DNA from: the human T2T-CHM13v2.0 reference genome, Homo sapiens
Direction: 5' to 3' (one strand)
Assembly: GCF_009914755.1 (NCBI RefSeq)
Contig: NC_060931.1
Length of the DNA stretch: 64,000 nt
The translations under genes and the position numbers were made by a program. Shown piece by piece: positions 13,351 to 28,701 of the stretch (within the stretch, counting starts at the first letter, position 1; every line of letters begins with the position of its first letter). The notes beneath the pieces were generated by a model. The model ran no database searches, was not told where the DNA came from, and worked only from the letters and a program-made list of their open reading frames with translations.

Positions 13351-14631
13351 AGAATAAATAAATAACAGTAGGAGCTCAATAACTAAAATGTAGTTAGCAT
13401 TAATTGAGGGGTTTTTGAAAAAGTGAAGATCATGTAACAGATTTATGATGTAGGTTAAAAAATCAATATGAATTATGACAGTTTTTAGAATTAAATTTAT
13501 TTTATAGATTTATAGGTTATAGATGTGAAAAAATGAAAACCATGCTTTTAACTTCTTCCTTAATAGCACATAGCATAGAAGTATGTGTTAATAGATAGCT
13601 GATGTGATTTTGATGAACGATCAGCAAGTGAATTGGTCCCTTTCTTTACATTTCCTTAAGTATTTATCTCAGAGTCATATTTAAGAGTGATTAGCATGGT
13701 ATTAGAGCAATAGTGCTCCAAAACCTCACCATAAGCACTGGTTTCCAGATGAGACTATTCTTGAAAGACTTAATTTAAGCTTTTCCATTTAGCATTTAAT
13801 GTGACTTATTTTGTACAATGACAAAGCTGCAGGTGTTAACAAAATCTAAGAGTTTAAAAATGTGCCTGTGGTATATTTAAAGTGACCAAAATAACTTTTT
13901 TTAAGATTCAAAAATAAACTGTTGACATAAATCACAAAAATACCACTGCTTAAGAAATAAAATGTGTAGCATTTCATCGTTTTCACTCAGAATTAAAGGT
14001 CCTCCATACTCTAGCCCCAGTTTACCTTTCAGACACCTCCACTGCCCACCCACTCCCAGAACCTCTACACTGCAGTTTTATGATGAAATTTTTCTGACTC
14101 TGCCTTTAATTTCTTCCTCGCCTCTGACATATTTTAGTGTACAGACATGCCTTTTTACACATTTTTATTCCAGCTAAAGCCGAAGCTCAGGACCTAGCAG
14201 GTGGGCAATGGTCAGGGTACATTGGATTAATGGTGGGTGACGCAAAGAGAGGGCCACATGGAGCAGATATGGAGAAACCAGACACAGCTTATCCTTCAGG
14301 AAATGGGCTGAAGGCCTCCTGGAAAGGGCAGTTGCGAGAGTTGTTGGAGTCACTGGCTGGTCTCTCAACCTATCCCCAAATAAAACCTATCTCCAAAGCT
14401 CCCTGGCAGTATGCCTGATGGAGAAGGAGCATGTCCTGAGTGGCACAGAGCTGAGCTTCACAGACTTGCCCCAGAGACAGTGGCTGAAGGTCAGAGGGAA
14501 GGGCAGTTTTGAGTGAATCGTGAAGCCTAACACTGAGCAGACCCTTCAGCCCAGCTCTTCTCTCTCCAGTTCCTTTCTTCCTCAGAATTTGTGGCAGAGC
14601 CCCAGGAAGAGGTCTCCTAAGACAGAAGCTA

Positions 14632-14868
14632 GTCCGGGCATGGTGGCTCATGCCTATAATCCAAGCACTTTGGGAGGCCGAGGCGGGCAGATCACTTGAG
14701 GCCAGGAGTTCAAGACTAGACTGACCAACATGGCAAAACTCTGTCTCTACTAAAAGTACAAAAATTAGCTGGGCATGGTGGTGTGTGCCTGCAGTCCCTG
14801 CTACTTGGGAGAATCACTTGAACCCAGGAGGCAGAAGTTGCAGTCTCAAAAAAAAAAAAAAAAAAAAA
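14632..14868 (+). mobile_element. AluS with two internal deletions in the right arm
   Basis: Alu body, ~21-nt A tail, TSD CAGAAGCTA. Confidence 0.9.
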
Positions 14869-15075
14869 GCAGAAGCTAAAGCGACCCACAACTGAGAGCC
14901 ACTGAGCAAATGATGGGCAAGGGCAAGGAGTCCTTTTAGTCAGCAATGCAGAGATGAAGCTTGGAACCTTTAAAAGGGGCAACAGAGTTGTTGGAAAGCT
15001 GACTGGGAAGAATAGGATGCTTTAAAAAGAATTTCTGGCATCCCTGTTTTGCTGATTCCTCACACTTCCAAACTA

Positions 15076-15714
<639 letters not shown>

Positions 15715-15992
15715 AATGTGCAATTGTCTATACTAATCATAAATAAATATCTAAAATAGAAACAAGCGAACAGCATTTAGAGTGCTTTGTAACTCCTTAG
15801 AAGAAATTATTTATCTGTAGTATGCCTCAGATGGAAGTAACCAAATGAGACATAATCTGGGAAGGGGGAGACACCTCACTAATTGAGAAAGCATTTCTGT
15901 CTTAGTATGGATTTAGAGTATACTATCCCCTAATTAACATCTGTTTTGGGAAAGTTAAAATGGCTAAATGCAAGTCCGTTATTTAAAGGATA

Positions 15993-16287
<295 letters not shown>

Positions 16288-17829
16288 CTATGGCATCATT
16301 TTCATTTTACCTTGATGGGTCTGTGGAGAAAGAAATCGGTCAGGAACCTGGTGATTACAACAATTATAACAACTATTCTTTTTACATAGAATAACTCATT
16401 CCCCTCTTACCTCCTGAAGGAAATATGAAAGGTGCAGCATTAATTTTAAAAATACTGAGTCATCAATGAGAGGGTCAGAGACTGAGAAACCAACTTTTGG
16501 TAAGTGTGTGTCCTTCACCTACAGCACTCTCCTGGCCAACTCCCTGCAGGACCAGGCTCATGATAGATAGGATGGCCATTACAAAACACAAAGATACTAT
16601 CATTATTATTATTTTTGCATATCTGGGTTGTAAGATGTTATTTTTTAACTCACTTCAATGTAAATGATGACTACATGAAATACTTTCCTCATCTTAATCA
16701 AATATTGCCCAATGTAAGTCCTACACGTTTACCTTCCCTAAACTCTCATAGCCCCACTTTACTAAACTTTTTAAGTCATAGCAGCAACCCCTTTTTTAAC
16801 CTCTGAATTTAAAGCATTGTTATTATATTTTATACCTATCATTTGACAATGGCTCAAGGATACATTATGCAACTGGTTAGATTTTCATCAGAGGCTTAGT
16901 CACCTTAGCCTCTGATTAGTTTGTATTTGATAGGGTCAACCATGCAGCAGCCCAGAACATAGAAATTTGGAAGCTCTAGTCTATGGTAAAGTTTTCAAGA
17001 TCATTTCAAAAACGAATAAATGAACACTTGGCAGAAAGTGCCTGTCATAAACAACATATGACACACTGAATCACACGGTTGTGTAATATACATACCTGAG
17101 CATGTTCTAGTGGCATTTTTCTACAATGAACATTAGTTCCTAGTACTTTTATTTGAGACTTCACACTTCCTGTGAAGTATTATGTTTGTCTATTTCTTAT
17201 TTTTAAATTAATAAGCATTCATTGTTAAAATTTTAAAAAGTATAAAAAAGTATAAATAAATAGGAAAAGTCATTGAAAATCCCACCACTCATTTTGGCAT
17301 ATTTCCTCAATTTTTAAAACACATTTGAAACTTTACTATACATGGATTCTCAGTTCTAGCTCTTGCATTTAATATTATAGCATAAGGATTTTTTTCTAGC
17401 CATTTAAAATGCCTAGCAAGCATAATTTTTAAACAACAATGAATATTTCTTTGTTTCCTAGTCTCATGATATAAATAATTCATGCTAGTTATAGAAATTC
17501 CAAATAATACATAAGTGCATATAGCAACAGTAATCTGCCACACAGAAATAACTGCAGTTAAATTTAGTGTATATCCTTCCAAATTTTTGCCCATGCTTTT
17601 GAACACAAACTTCTATGTGTATATACAGATAAATATATGTGTAAACATGCAACATTGGGATCATACTTTGTATAGAGTTTGGCAACCTACATTTTATACT
17701 TAATACATTTTGGATGTGTTACTATCTATCATCTTCATGTTTATGTATTATTTACCCCTTTTAACAGCTGCATAGTGCAATATCTTAAAAAAAGAATCTT
17801 AATAATTACATAAAATTGTATTACAATCT

Positions 17830-18028
17830 TGTTCAACTTGGCCCAGGATGGCTTTGAATGCGGTCCAACACAAATTCGTAAACTTTCTTAAAACATTATG
17901 AGATGTTTTTTGCAATTTTTTTTAAGCTCTTCAGCTATCATTAGTGTTAGTGTATTTTATGTGTGGCTCAAGACAATTCCTCTTCTTCCACTGTGGCCCA
18001 GGGAAGACAAAAGATGGGACACCCCTGT
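17830..18028. mobile_element. MER30-like hAT-Charlie element
   Basis: GGCTTTGAATGCGGTCCAACACAAATTCGTAAAC...AAAAGATGGGACACCCCTG. Confidence 0.75.
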
Positions 18029-18410
18029 TGTATTGAATGGATGTGCGACAGTGTCCTTAACTTTTCCCCACTGTCCACTCCCACTCCCCATTAATGGAGA
18101 TGGAGGCTTAGTTTGTTTCTTAACTTTAAAAACTAAAAGTGATGCTAAACTGAAAACAATGTTGCAGTGGACATCTTTACCCATAAATAACTGTCCACAT
18201 ATAAAATTATTTCCTTAAGATAGAGTCCCACTGTTAGAATTATTAATTCAAGACATGAAAAAGCTTAAGACTCTTGATCAATCTTATAAATTTTTTTTAA
18301 ATAGGGTATCAGGATCTAAATTGTTTTACTGGCCAATGAAACAAGAATTTCTGCCCAGAGGGTTAAATATTTTGAATAATATTCAAAAATTTTGTGAAAA
18401 AGAATTTTAA

Positions 18411-18771
<361 letters not shown>

Positions 18772-19932
18772 GGAAGCTTTTAATGTGGTAATCTTTAATT
18801 CTTTAATATTTTAGATGGTTCTGTGTACCAATTAAAGAATATACCACATTGTAAAAAATACGGTTTTAATTTTAAAATTTCTTTGCTATTTATTTTATGT
18901 AAAATGCTTATATCTACCTCCCTGTTGCTTTTTAATAACTGTATCCTAAGTCTTTTAAAATTCAAATTTGCATTTCTGTCATCTTCATTGAATACATTAG
19001 ATGTGATTTTATATCATTTAATATAAATTTAAGAAAGACTGGTGAAGATGGCTGGTACATGTGTGAAATTTGCTTGTGGATAGAGTTGAGGGTGGTTTCT
19101 AGCCCTATCTTTTGTCCTTTATCAGGCTTTTTGGGAAAGTTTACGGCACTAAACGTATGGGTAGTATACCCAGAAGTATGAAATTAGTCTTCAGGAGCTG
19201 CATTACCTGCTTTCATTCTGTAATAATTCCTAATGTTAGATGAAGTTTTACTTAGGAATATTCTCAACTCTGAAGTCTCTCACAAACTTCTATGAAATGC
19301 ATGTGTTCAGAGTTAAATTTTCACAAGAACTTTGCTCAAGAAATTACTTTTCACCTCAGTTCAATGTGAATTTTCTCTCCTTGTAAGCAAACAGAATGTA
19401 GCAGTACTATTTCTATCCTAAGAACATATGCACGTTGTTCCATTAGTAGTAATATTTTCATCAGAACATTGTTTAACAGTAGCAAGTGATAACATTTGTA
19501 GGCAGTAATCAGAGACTTGACAGCTTTCCTCACCACTAACATTCTTCCATCTAGGAGACAAGAGATGTAAATGAAATAGAATACTTCAGAAAATGATTAT
19601 TAGCCGATGCTAACTCAAGTGCCAAGTCGAAGTTGAGTTACGTGTTTAAAAAAAGAAAAAGTGATCTTCTGACATTGCTGTTTCCCAGCGGCTTCATTTT
19701 ATAGGTGATAGTCATAACAGAGTAGGGAATGAAGTAGGATTATGCAAATTTTCTCATCTCGCACAGAGAAAATAAGAGTTATCATGTGTGAATTTCTTCA
19801 ATTTCGTGATATGCACCTAAAATTTACCAGCATCCATTCCATCTTCTTTTTTTCATCTGTGAGAAGAAAAAAGTGTCTCTTCTTCTATCCAAAGCTAAAC
19901 CCTCCCTTCTCCTCTGGCAGTCAGTGCATTAG

Positions 19933-20244
<312 letters not shown>

Positions 20245-20409
20245 TGATTTGAGAGACAATTTTTTTTTCAAATCTCTCATGGATGGTACCCTTCATCATG
20301 CACGGGAAAAAGGTTGATTCATAACATGCAATGTGTGCTCTAAGGCATTAAGGGAAAATAGAAAAGTCAAGGTATAAATTTCCTACCTCCTATCTTCACT
20401 GCTTTATTA

Positions 20410-20800
20410 AAGGTGCAGTTATCTTCTGTTGGCTTCTCCAGACTCACATTCCACCTTCCTCCATCCACTTCTGTGCCTTGCAAGGATGTGCTGTACAGAC
20501 TGCATCTGTGGGTTTCCTTCATCTATTGCTTTCAGTAGGGTTCAGCTCATAGGCATCTCATCAGGAGTTAGAGGAGAGCAAGTTTGGCATATTTATTAAT
20601 ATTTCTCTGGATCCCTCCTTGGAACATCACCTTGGGTTGCATATGTCCCTCAATTAAAAGATACAACTTCTCTCAAGGTGGCCCTTTCCTCTACAGGACC
20701 CTCTTGCTGGATTCCAGTGACTGCATCCTTACCTTGAGGTTATTTAGGCCTCAATGTAATAACAGCTCCATTACTACTAATCTGGGGGAACTGCACTATT
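20410..20800 (+). mobile_element. Old ERVL-class LTR (LTR33/MLT-like)
   Basis: Diverged LTR-like motifs (CTGTACAGACTGCATC; TTTAGGCCT...AACAGCTCC...ACTGCACTATTC). Confidence 0.45.
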
Positions 20801-20809
20801 CTACTTTTG

Positions 20810-21330
20810 TAAGTCATGTAAAATTCACGCTTTGTAGTATGAAGTTCTATTGGATTTGACAAATCCATAAAGTCATGTATCCATCACCACAATTATGACA
20901 CAAAACTGTTCTATCATACCCCCAAATTCCCTAATGCTGTCTCTTTGTAGTCAAGCCTTCACCTTCCTCCAGCATCTGACAATCACTGATAGGTTTTCTG
21001 ATCCTAGAGTTTTACATTTCAAATCATAACAAATGGAAGCATACACTGTGTAGACTTTGGGGTCTGGCTTTGTTTACTTAGCAAAGGTACTTCAGATTCA
21101 TTTGTGTTGTTATGTGAATCAGCAGTTCTTTCTTCTTTATTGCTGAGTAACATTCCATTATATAGAGATGTCAGAGTATGTTTATTAATTCATTGGTTTA
21201 AGGACATTTGGGTTGTATCCAATTTGGGGTGATTATAAGCTGCCAAAAACAGTTAAGAGCTGCTATAAACACTTGTGTACAAGTTTTTGTGTGAGTAAAA
21301 GTATTCATTTCTCTTGAATAAATACCTAGG
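20810..21330 (-). mobile_element. Old L1 (L1MB/MC) 3' fragment
   Basis: Antisense L1 3' motifs TTTATTGCTGAGTAACATTCCATT, GGACATTTGGGTTG. Confidence 0.7.
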
Positions 21331-21349
21331 ATTTTTAAAAATTAATTTT

Positions 21350-22520
21350 TAACTCAAGATGGATTAAAGATTTAAATATAAAACACAAAACTATGAAAAC
21401 CCTAGAAGAAAATCTAGGCAATACCATTCAGGACATAGGGATGGGCAAATATTTCATGACAAAAAGGTCAAAAGCAATTGCAATAAAAACAAAAATTGAC
21501 AAATGGTGTCTAATTAAACTAAAGAGCTTCTGCACAGCAAAAGAAACTGTCATCAGAGTGAACAGACAACCTACAGAATAAGAGAAAATTTTTGCAATCT
21601 ATCCATCTCACAAAGGTCTAATGGATAGAATCTACAAGGAACTTAAACACGTTTATGAGAAAAAAACCAAACAACTCCATTAAAAAGTGGGCAAAGGACA
21701 TGAACAGATACTTCTCAAAAGAAGACATACATGTAGCCAACAATCATATGAAAAAAAGCTCAACATCAGTGATCATTAGAGAAATGCAAATCAAGACAAT
21801 AATGAAATATATCACACCAGTCAGAATGGCCATTATTAAAAAGGCAAGAAACAACAGATACTATCAAGCTGTAGAGAAATAGGAACACTTTTACACTGTT
21901 GGTGGCAATGTAAATTAGTTCAACCATTGTGGAAGATAGTGTGGAGATTCCTCAAAGACCTAGAACCAGAAATACCATTTGATCCAGCAATCCCATTACT
22001 GCATATATACCCAAAAGAATATAAATCATTCTGTTATAAAGATACATGCATGTGTATGTTCATTGCAGCACTATTCACAATAGCAAAGACATGGAATCCA
22101 CCCAAATGCCCATCAATGATAGACCGGATAAAGAAAATGTGGTACATATACATAATGGAATACTATGAAGCCATAAAAAGGAATGGGATCATGTCCTTTG
22201 CAGGGACATGGATGGAGCTGGAAGCTGTTACTCTCAGCAAACTAATACAGGAACAGAAAACCAAACACTGCACGTTGTCATTTATTAGTGGGAGCTGAAC
22301 AATGAGAACACATGGACACAGGGAGGGGAAAAAACACACACTGGGGCCTGTCAGGGATGGGGCCAGGGGGAGGGAGTGCATCAGGAAAAATAACTAATGC
22401 ATGCAGGGCTTAATGACTAGGTGATGGGTTGATAGGTGCAGCAAACCACCATGGCACAAGTTTACCTATGTAACAAACCTGCACATCCTGCACATGTATC
22501 CAGAATGTAAAATAAAATGC
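21350..22520 (+). mobile_element. 5'-truncated L1PA13-16-type LINE (ORF2 C-terminus + 3'UTR)
   Basis: Frameshifted ORF2 pieces ([18 protein letters not shown]; [11 protein letters not shown]); TSD TTTTAAAAATTAATTTT. Confidence 0.92.
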
Positions 22521-23264
22521 TTTTAAAAATTAATTTTATAATGTTCATTGATTTTATACAATTTTCTGGGTCCTGTGTAGAAGACGGTTGCAGCCTGGAC
22601 AAGTGTGTTCCTGATCGTTGTCAATGAATTAGCCAAGATGAGGAGGAGATTAGCATAACTGGGAGATTAGCATAGCTAAAGAATTGAAGGCTAAGGCAAA
22701 CTGGTTCATGCACCAAGAATGAAGGAGGCAGAACAAAATAAGCAGTCAGCAGCTAAGAAGCAGCAAGGGAATGCAGGAAAGGTTGGATAGTGAGGTGTAG
22801 AGCAGGCAAAATTGGAGATTCAGGCATCCTACTTGCTGTCTCCTTCTACCTTCAGCTTTAAAAACAGGTCCCAAACCCACACAGCCCCAGAGTGAACACT
22901 CAATAACCTGAGGATTAGCTCCTTTCTCAGCCTTGAACTAATTACCCATAACTCACCACACTTTGACTGGGTCATTTTATACTCTCCTTGTATCAGCTGC
23001 TATTTTGCTCTGCTCTTCTAGCATGGGTCTATCTCCATGTTCGGTTTCCGGGGCAACAACTGACTGTTCCCTTCTTTGTGTTACCACTTGACTGAGTGTG
23101 CAGACACTTCTTCCAGCTCAGATTGGGCCCAGCCTGCTTCCATGAGCCTTGGTGACATTACTGGCTTGAATGGAGGGCAGATGTGTACCTTCACAAAGTA
23201 CACGAAGAAACTAAACACTGAGACGTTGAGTGAGTTACATATACACATCACATTCATAACAACA

Positions 23265-23520
23265 ATGGCAGTAAAAGTTGGCACTAACATTTATAGAGCA
23301 TTTACTTTGTACCAGGCATAGTACCAAGAGCTTTCCAGGCCAGCAATCATGTAATCTTTGCAAAAACCTATAAAGTATTTACAACTCTTATGCCCCCATT
23401 TTACAGATGAAAAAATTAAGGCAGGGAGATCATGACATGCTTATTGAGCTAGTAAGAGAAGGAAGCAGAATATGAACCCAAGGATGGAGATCTAGAGCTC
23501 TTAAACACCTATACTATGCT
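23265..23520 (-). mobile_element. MIR SINE
   Basis: CCCCATTTTACAGATGAAAAAATTAAGGCA antisense core. Confidence 0.7.
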
Positions 23521-23864
23521 GTTGACCAAAAATTTTAAGTAGAAGATTTAGGAGTAAAACTTCTGACTCCTAGTCTATTGCTTTTCTTGGATGATAAGTC
23601 CTAAGTATGTGCCATGTCCAGATCAATATACTCACTGGGGATACAAAATATGCAAATTGCATGGTCTTCATCTTGGGAAAATTTATAATACTACCAAATA
23701 AGTACACAAAATATTTTTATTTGGAGAATGAATTAAATAAGACAGGACCAGTTCACAGGTGGCTTTGATTGTACAGCTGTGTAGTCTATAGTTATAACAT
23801 AGTTGGTTTCAGTTACCTCACATATAATGATAAAGCATATGGTCATTAACTCTAAATTTATGAT

Positions 23865-23980
23865 TTTTTTTTCTCTTCTTCCTTCTCTCCCTCTTTCCTT
23901 TTTCCTTCCTTCCTTCCTTCCCTCTTTCCTCCTTTCTTTCTTTCTTTCTCTTTCCTTCTTTCTTCTTTCTTTCTTTCATT
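23865..23980. repeat. Polypyrimidine (CCTT/CTTT)n tract
   Basis: Direct reading. Confidence 0.9.
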
Positions 23981-24394
23981 TTGCCATTCTCCCACTGCCT
24001 ACAGAGCACTTGTATGTATTTCTATATAAGTTAGTTACAAGAATGTTTTAAAATTTGTTACAAGTATTTTAAAAAGCATTCAATTTATATTTAGCATTAA
24101 AAACCCCAACTAAATTTTTGATGTCTTGATATGATATTTGAAAATAATTACAATTTTTCCTCTTTTAAAGAAGACACCATAACTGGGTCTGAAGGAAAAG
24201 TTGACTTAGATGTATTTTACTGACTTGCTTTTAGTAAATAGATAAAAATTATTTCTAAATAGCATAACAGTGAGCCATGTTTAAGTGAGTGTTCTTAAAT
24301 GCTTAAAGGTACTTGAAAGTAGTGGCCTAAAATAGTTGAAAGAGTTTTCATAAAATTTTGTGAAAGTGTTCATCTACTTAACAAAGACTTTCTT

Positions 24395-24730
24395 GGCTGG
24401 GTGCAGTGGCTCACACCTGTAATCCTAGCACTTTGGGAGGCCAAGGCTGGTGGATCATCTGAGGTCAGGAGTTCAAGACCAGCCTAGCCAACATGGCGAA
24501 ACCCCTTCTCTACTAAAAAAAAAAAAAAAAAAAAAAAAATCAGCCGGGTGTGGTGGTGGGCACCTATAATCCCAGCTACTCAGGAGGCTGAGGCAGGAGA
24601 ATAGCTTGGAGGGCGGAGGTTGCAGTGAGCTGAGATTACGCCACTTCACTCCAGCCTGGGTGAAAGAGCAAAACTCTGTCTAAAAAGGAAAAAACAAAAC
24701 AAAACAACCCAACAATAACAAAAAGCAAAA
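24395..24730 (+). mobile_element. AluSx-like with expanded central A run
   Basis: TSD ACAAAGACTTTCTT; ~25 A in the linker. Confidence 0.93.
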
Positions 24731-24890
24731 ACAAAGACTTTCTTTAGAGATAGCATAAACATTAGTCTGGCCTTCTTTATCACAAATTCAGCTTTAGTGG
24801 AGTGTGAATTCACGAGATATTGTTGTCTTTCCAATGTTCCCCATTCCAACTGGAAAAACTAAAAAGATTAAGGAAGGCATTGTCTAGTTC

Positions 24891-25045
24891 AGGGGAGGGA
24901 TAGCATTAGGAGAAATACCTAATGTAGATGACGGGTTGATGGGTGCAGCAAATGACCATGGCACGAGTATACCTATGTAACAAACCTGCACGTTCTGCAC
25001 ATGTACCCCAGAACTTAAAGTATACTAAAAAAATTTTTAAAAAAT
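24891..25045 (+). mobile_element. Short L1PA (PA7/8-like) 3' end
   Basis: GGGATAGCATTAGGAGAAATACCTAATGTAGATGACGGGTTG...GAACTTAAAGTATA. Confidence 0.85.
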
Positions 25046-25724
25046 GCATCACAGTATCTTGTATGAGCAGTGGACAGTCACTAAGTGTTCCCAATTGATG
25101 GGGATGGAAGGATAGATGGGTCCCAGGAGTGTATTTACCAATGCAGACAGTCCCTTCTGGGGGATGAAATCACAGAAAATGGAAGCCACTTGCACAAAAG
25201 AAGAGATAGAAAAACAAAGATTTGGTTTGTAACATCATATATTTTTTCTAGTTGTTTTAGAATTTCCATTTTCAGGTGAATTTCTTACTGTGTGAATTTA
25301 TGAAAGGCAAATTGCAACTTCCAGTGTTTTTCTTTCAAGCCATCCACTTATTTTTCCACTCTACCTTCCCCAGATGATTGCATTTTGTTAGAAACGTTAT
25401 ATGCAACTTTGTGTTTTCCACAAGGAATGAACTGAAAGAGAGGGGTTGGGATTTGGGGTTTTGTATCATAAGCATCTCTTGTATTGCCTCCTGCATATAC
25501 TCACAGTAAAATTATGCTCAGCAGGTAATCTGCCTCATAACAGCAAACCTGAGCAGACTGGATTTAAAAAAATACTAGAAAGTGAAATCGCCAAATGAAA
25601 CTCTCCTATTTGTAAAGCATCAATGAAAAGATACGTAGATTGAAACATGATAAAATTCTCAAAAGAAAAATCAAGATGAAGGCATTAACATTCTCAAACA
25701 TTCCTAGTGTAAAATTAATTTGTT

Positions 25725-26690
25725 AAATTCATTATTAAGTTAATTTTATTGCATGCCTACTATGTGCCAAGCATGATTCTAGGCACTTAGGGATACAATA
25801 CTGAACAGGATAAAAATCTCTGTCTTTGTTGAGTTTGCCTCTAGTGGGAATGGAGTGAAGACATATAGTATTCCAATAAATAAGTAAAAAATGCAGTACA
25901 TCGGTGGAGATTGGTACCATAGAAATAAGCAGGGAAGGGAATAAGGAGTGACAGAATGGGGGGTGCTGGTTTGTAAATTTAAATATGTGACTTGTGAGTA
26001 AATACTAATGTTTTAAAAGGGATGTGTTTGCATATATTTGGGAGAAGGGCATTCCTGCAAAAGAAGCAGCAGGCGCAAATGGTCTGGGAAGCAGTGTGTC
26101 TGGCATGTTCAAGGGACAGTCAGACCCGTGGAAAATGAAAGACAGCTATAAGACATGAGCGCAGAGAAGTCAGTGGGGCAATTGATCATCTAGGGATTTT
26201 GTAGGCCATTGCTAAGTCTGTGGCTTTTATTTGTGTTGGCTTCTGTGTTGAGAATAAGCTGTGGAGTAAGCTTGGAAGCAGAGAGACCAGTTAAGAGGAT
26301 GTTGCAACGATCCAGGTAATGATGGTTAGAGAGTGAATGGTGGAGGTGGAGAGATGTGGTCAGATTCTGGATATTTCGTGAAGGTAAAGCTAATAAGATT
26401 TGCTAATGGATTGGATATCACTTGTGAGAGAAAGAGAGCAGTCAAACATGAATCCAAATTATTGGCATGAGTAGATGGAAGCTTAGAGTTAATTATTAAC
26501 TGAGGGAAATAATTGTTAAGTGGAACTTTATTGCAGATGGAAAATTAGATGCCAGGTTTGGGCATCTCAGCAGACTTGTCTGGTAGCAGACACAGAACGT
26601 GGAATGAAGGGAGAGATCTAGGCTAGGATATACATTTGGAAGTCATCCACGTATATATGGTATTTAAAGTGATAAGATTGGTGTACTCAC
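25725..26690 (-). mobile_element. L2 LINE fragment
   Basis: TTTATTGCATGCCTACTATGTGCCAAG 3' end; GAAGCAGAGAGACCAGTTAAG; CAGATTCTGGATAT. Confidence 0.75.
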
Positions 26691-27779
26691 CAGATCAAAT
26701 TCTCAGTTCTAATACAGTTGTATTTTCTCATGGTGATGGTGCAAATAGATTGATTTTTAGGTGTTTTGACATACTTGAAGTTGGTCTAATGATAATGTAA
26801 AACACAGGCATTTTCTCTATTTTCAGCTTCCAGTTTTACCATCACCTTGGCTATAAATACATTTGTTGCCAAGTGCAGCTGGTTACCAGTGAGCAGTCTA
26901 AGCCCTCTAACCTTAAGGCCACTAGAAGACAGTACTCACACTTGTTGCAGCTCAAAATAAAACAAAATGAAGCAGAACAGAAAATATTCAACTCCATAAT
27001 GTATTGGTGAATAATGAAGAATGCATTGCAGATTTTGTGGTTTGAGAGATGAGAAAGTTGACATTGCATACTACACAGATAAAATGTAATAAAAATTTCC
27101 TTCTTTGTTCTTCCCCCACCAAAGTTCCTCTTGGGCCACCAGCAGTCACCTCCATTCTCTTCCCCGGATCCCCTACTATCTCAAAGAAACTTCCTTACCA
27201 CCCAAACGATTCATTTCTAGTTTCAGGTTTGCTTACCCTCCACCTTTCCCTGTATTTAACCGAATCTACTTTTCTCACAAAGCAGTTTAGCAACTTCTAC
27301 TCTAATTCATTTGTCTTTTAAGCAGCCAATCATCCATGTCAACACACTTCTCATCCAAGTGTCTGCCAAACAAAGCAGGTCTCTTTAAAAGAGTATATGT
27401 GCATATGTGTGTTTAAGAGACGGAAAAAGAGAAACAGAAAGAGGGAGAGAGACAGAGACTGGGTATTGGAGAGGGGACTTTCCAAATCAATACACATTTT
27501 TTCTCACGTCTGGATAAAGACTACAACATTGGATAAAAAGGTATTATTTTTATTTGGTCATAATTTCCATACAGAGGAATATAAAATGCCAAGAAAAGTT
27601 TGATATCTTCACAATCTTTATACTCATTTTTACCATTCAATTTCTTATTCATGTTAATATAATTATTTTCAAACTCTCTTCCCCTGCCATATAAATCTGT
27701 ATCACTGGATAACTGAATATAATCTGTATTTTTTAAATTTTAACACTTTTCCATATACCAGTATTCTCCACTTTCGTGG

Positions 27780-28085
27780 ATGCTGTACTCTGCTGTCCAA
27801 ATCTTCCATTCAGAACTGAGGGTCTTCTTCTCTCAGCTGATGGGATGAAATGTCATCTGTGGAAGGGAGTCTTTTTGTCCAAATTCATGCCCCCTTCTAT
27901 GGCCAGCCTGCATCTAATTGGTTGAACTAAGGATAAAAGTGGCTCAGCTCCCTCACTCCAACTCAGGACATCTGGAAGGACTGTCCCAGCTTCAGAGCTC
28001 CCCATGGGGTCAGCTGAGGCCTTGTTGTGACTTCACCAAAAGCTCATCTTCTCTCTCTGCCTCAATCCCTCTCTTTGTGGCTGGT
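27780..28085 (+). mobile_element. LTR16-like ERVL LTR fragment
   Basis: CCAGCTTCAGAGCTCCCCATGGGGTCAGCTGAGGCCTT motif. Confidence 0.5.
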
Positions 28086-28384
28086 CATTTCTGGGAACTC
28101 TGCAATACTGCCTTTTCCCAGCAGGAGGCTCTGTACAGCTCTCTATGATAGGTAGGCATCATTCCCTTTCTGTCCTAAGCCTTTATTCTCCTACAATATC
28201 ACCCACACCAAGCTACAAGGATATATCAGACTTACTGAAGCATTGCAGGCAACAGAAGTTATTACAACCAAATGTGATTGAACACATAGTGTAAAGGGCA
28301 GAAGCACAAAATGGTAAACCTCTCATTGGGGGACCCTCATGAACACATCCTGGGTCTTTATTATTACGTCATTTGTTTGTGTGT

Positions 28385-28701
28385 ATGTTTTGTTTTGTTT
28401 GAGACAGAGTCTCTCGTCACCTAGGCCGGAGAGCAGGGGCGTGATCTTGGCTCACTGCAGTCTCGACCTCCCCTGGCTCAAGCTATCCTCCCACCTCAGA
28501 CTCCCGAGTAGCTGGGACTATAGGCACATACCACCACACCTGGCTAATTTTTGTTTTTTGTATTTTGTTTTTTTTATTTTTATTTTTTTGTAAAGATGGG
28601 TTTCACCATGTTGTCCAGGCTGGTCTCAAACTCCCGGGCAATCAGCCCATCTTAGTCTCCCAAAGTGCTGAGATTACAGGTGTAAGCCACCATGCCCAGC
28701 C
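28385..28701 (-). mobile_element. AluJ
   Basis: Antisense dimeric Alu. Confidence 0.88.

Noticed and set aside
22646-22674. Short direct repeat GGAGATTAGCATA x2
   Set aside because: Simple slippage duplication with no supporting context
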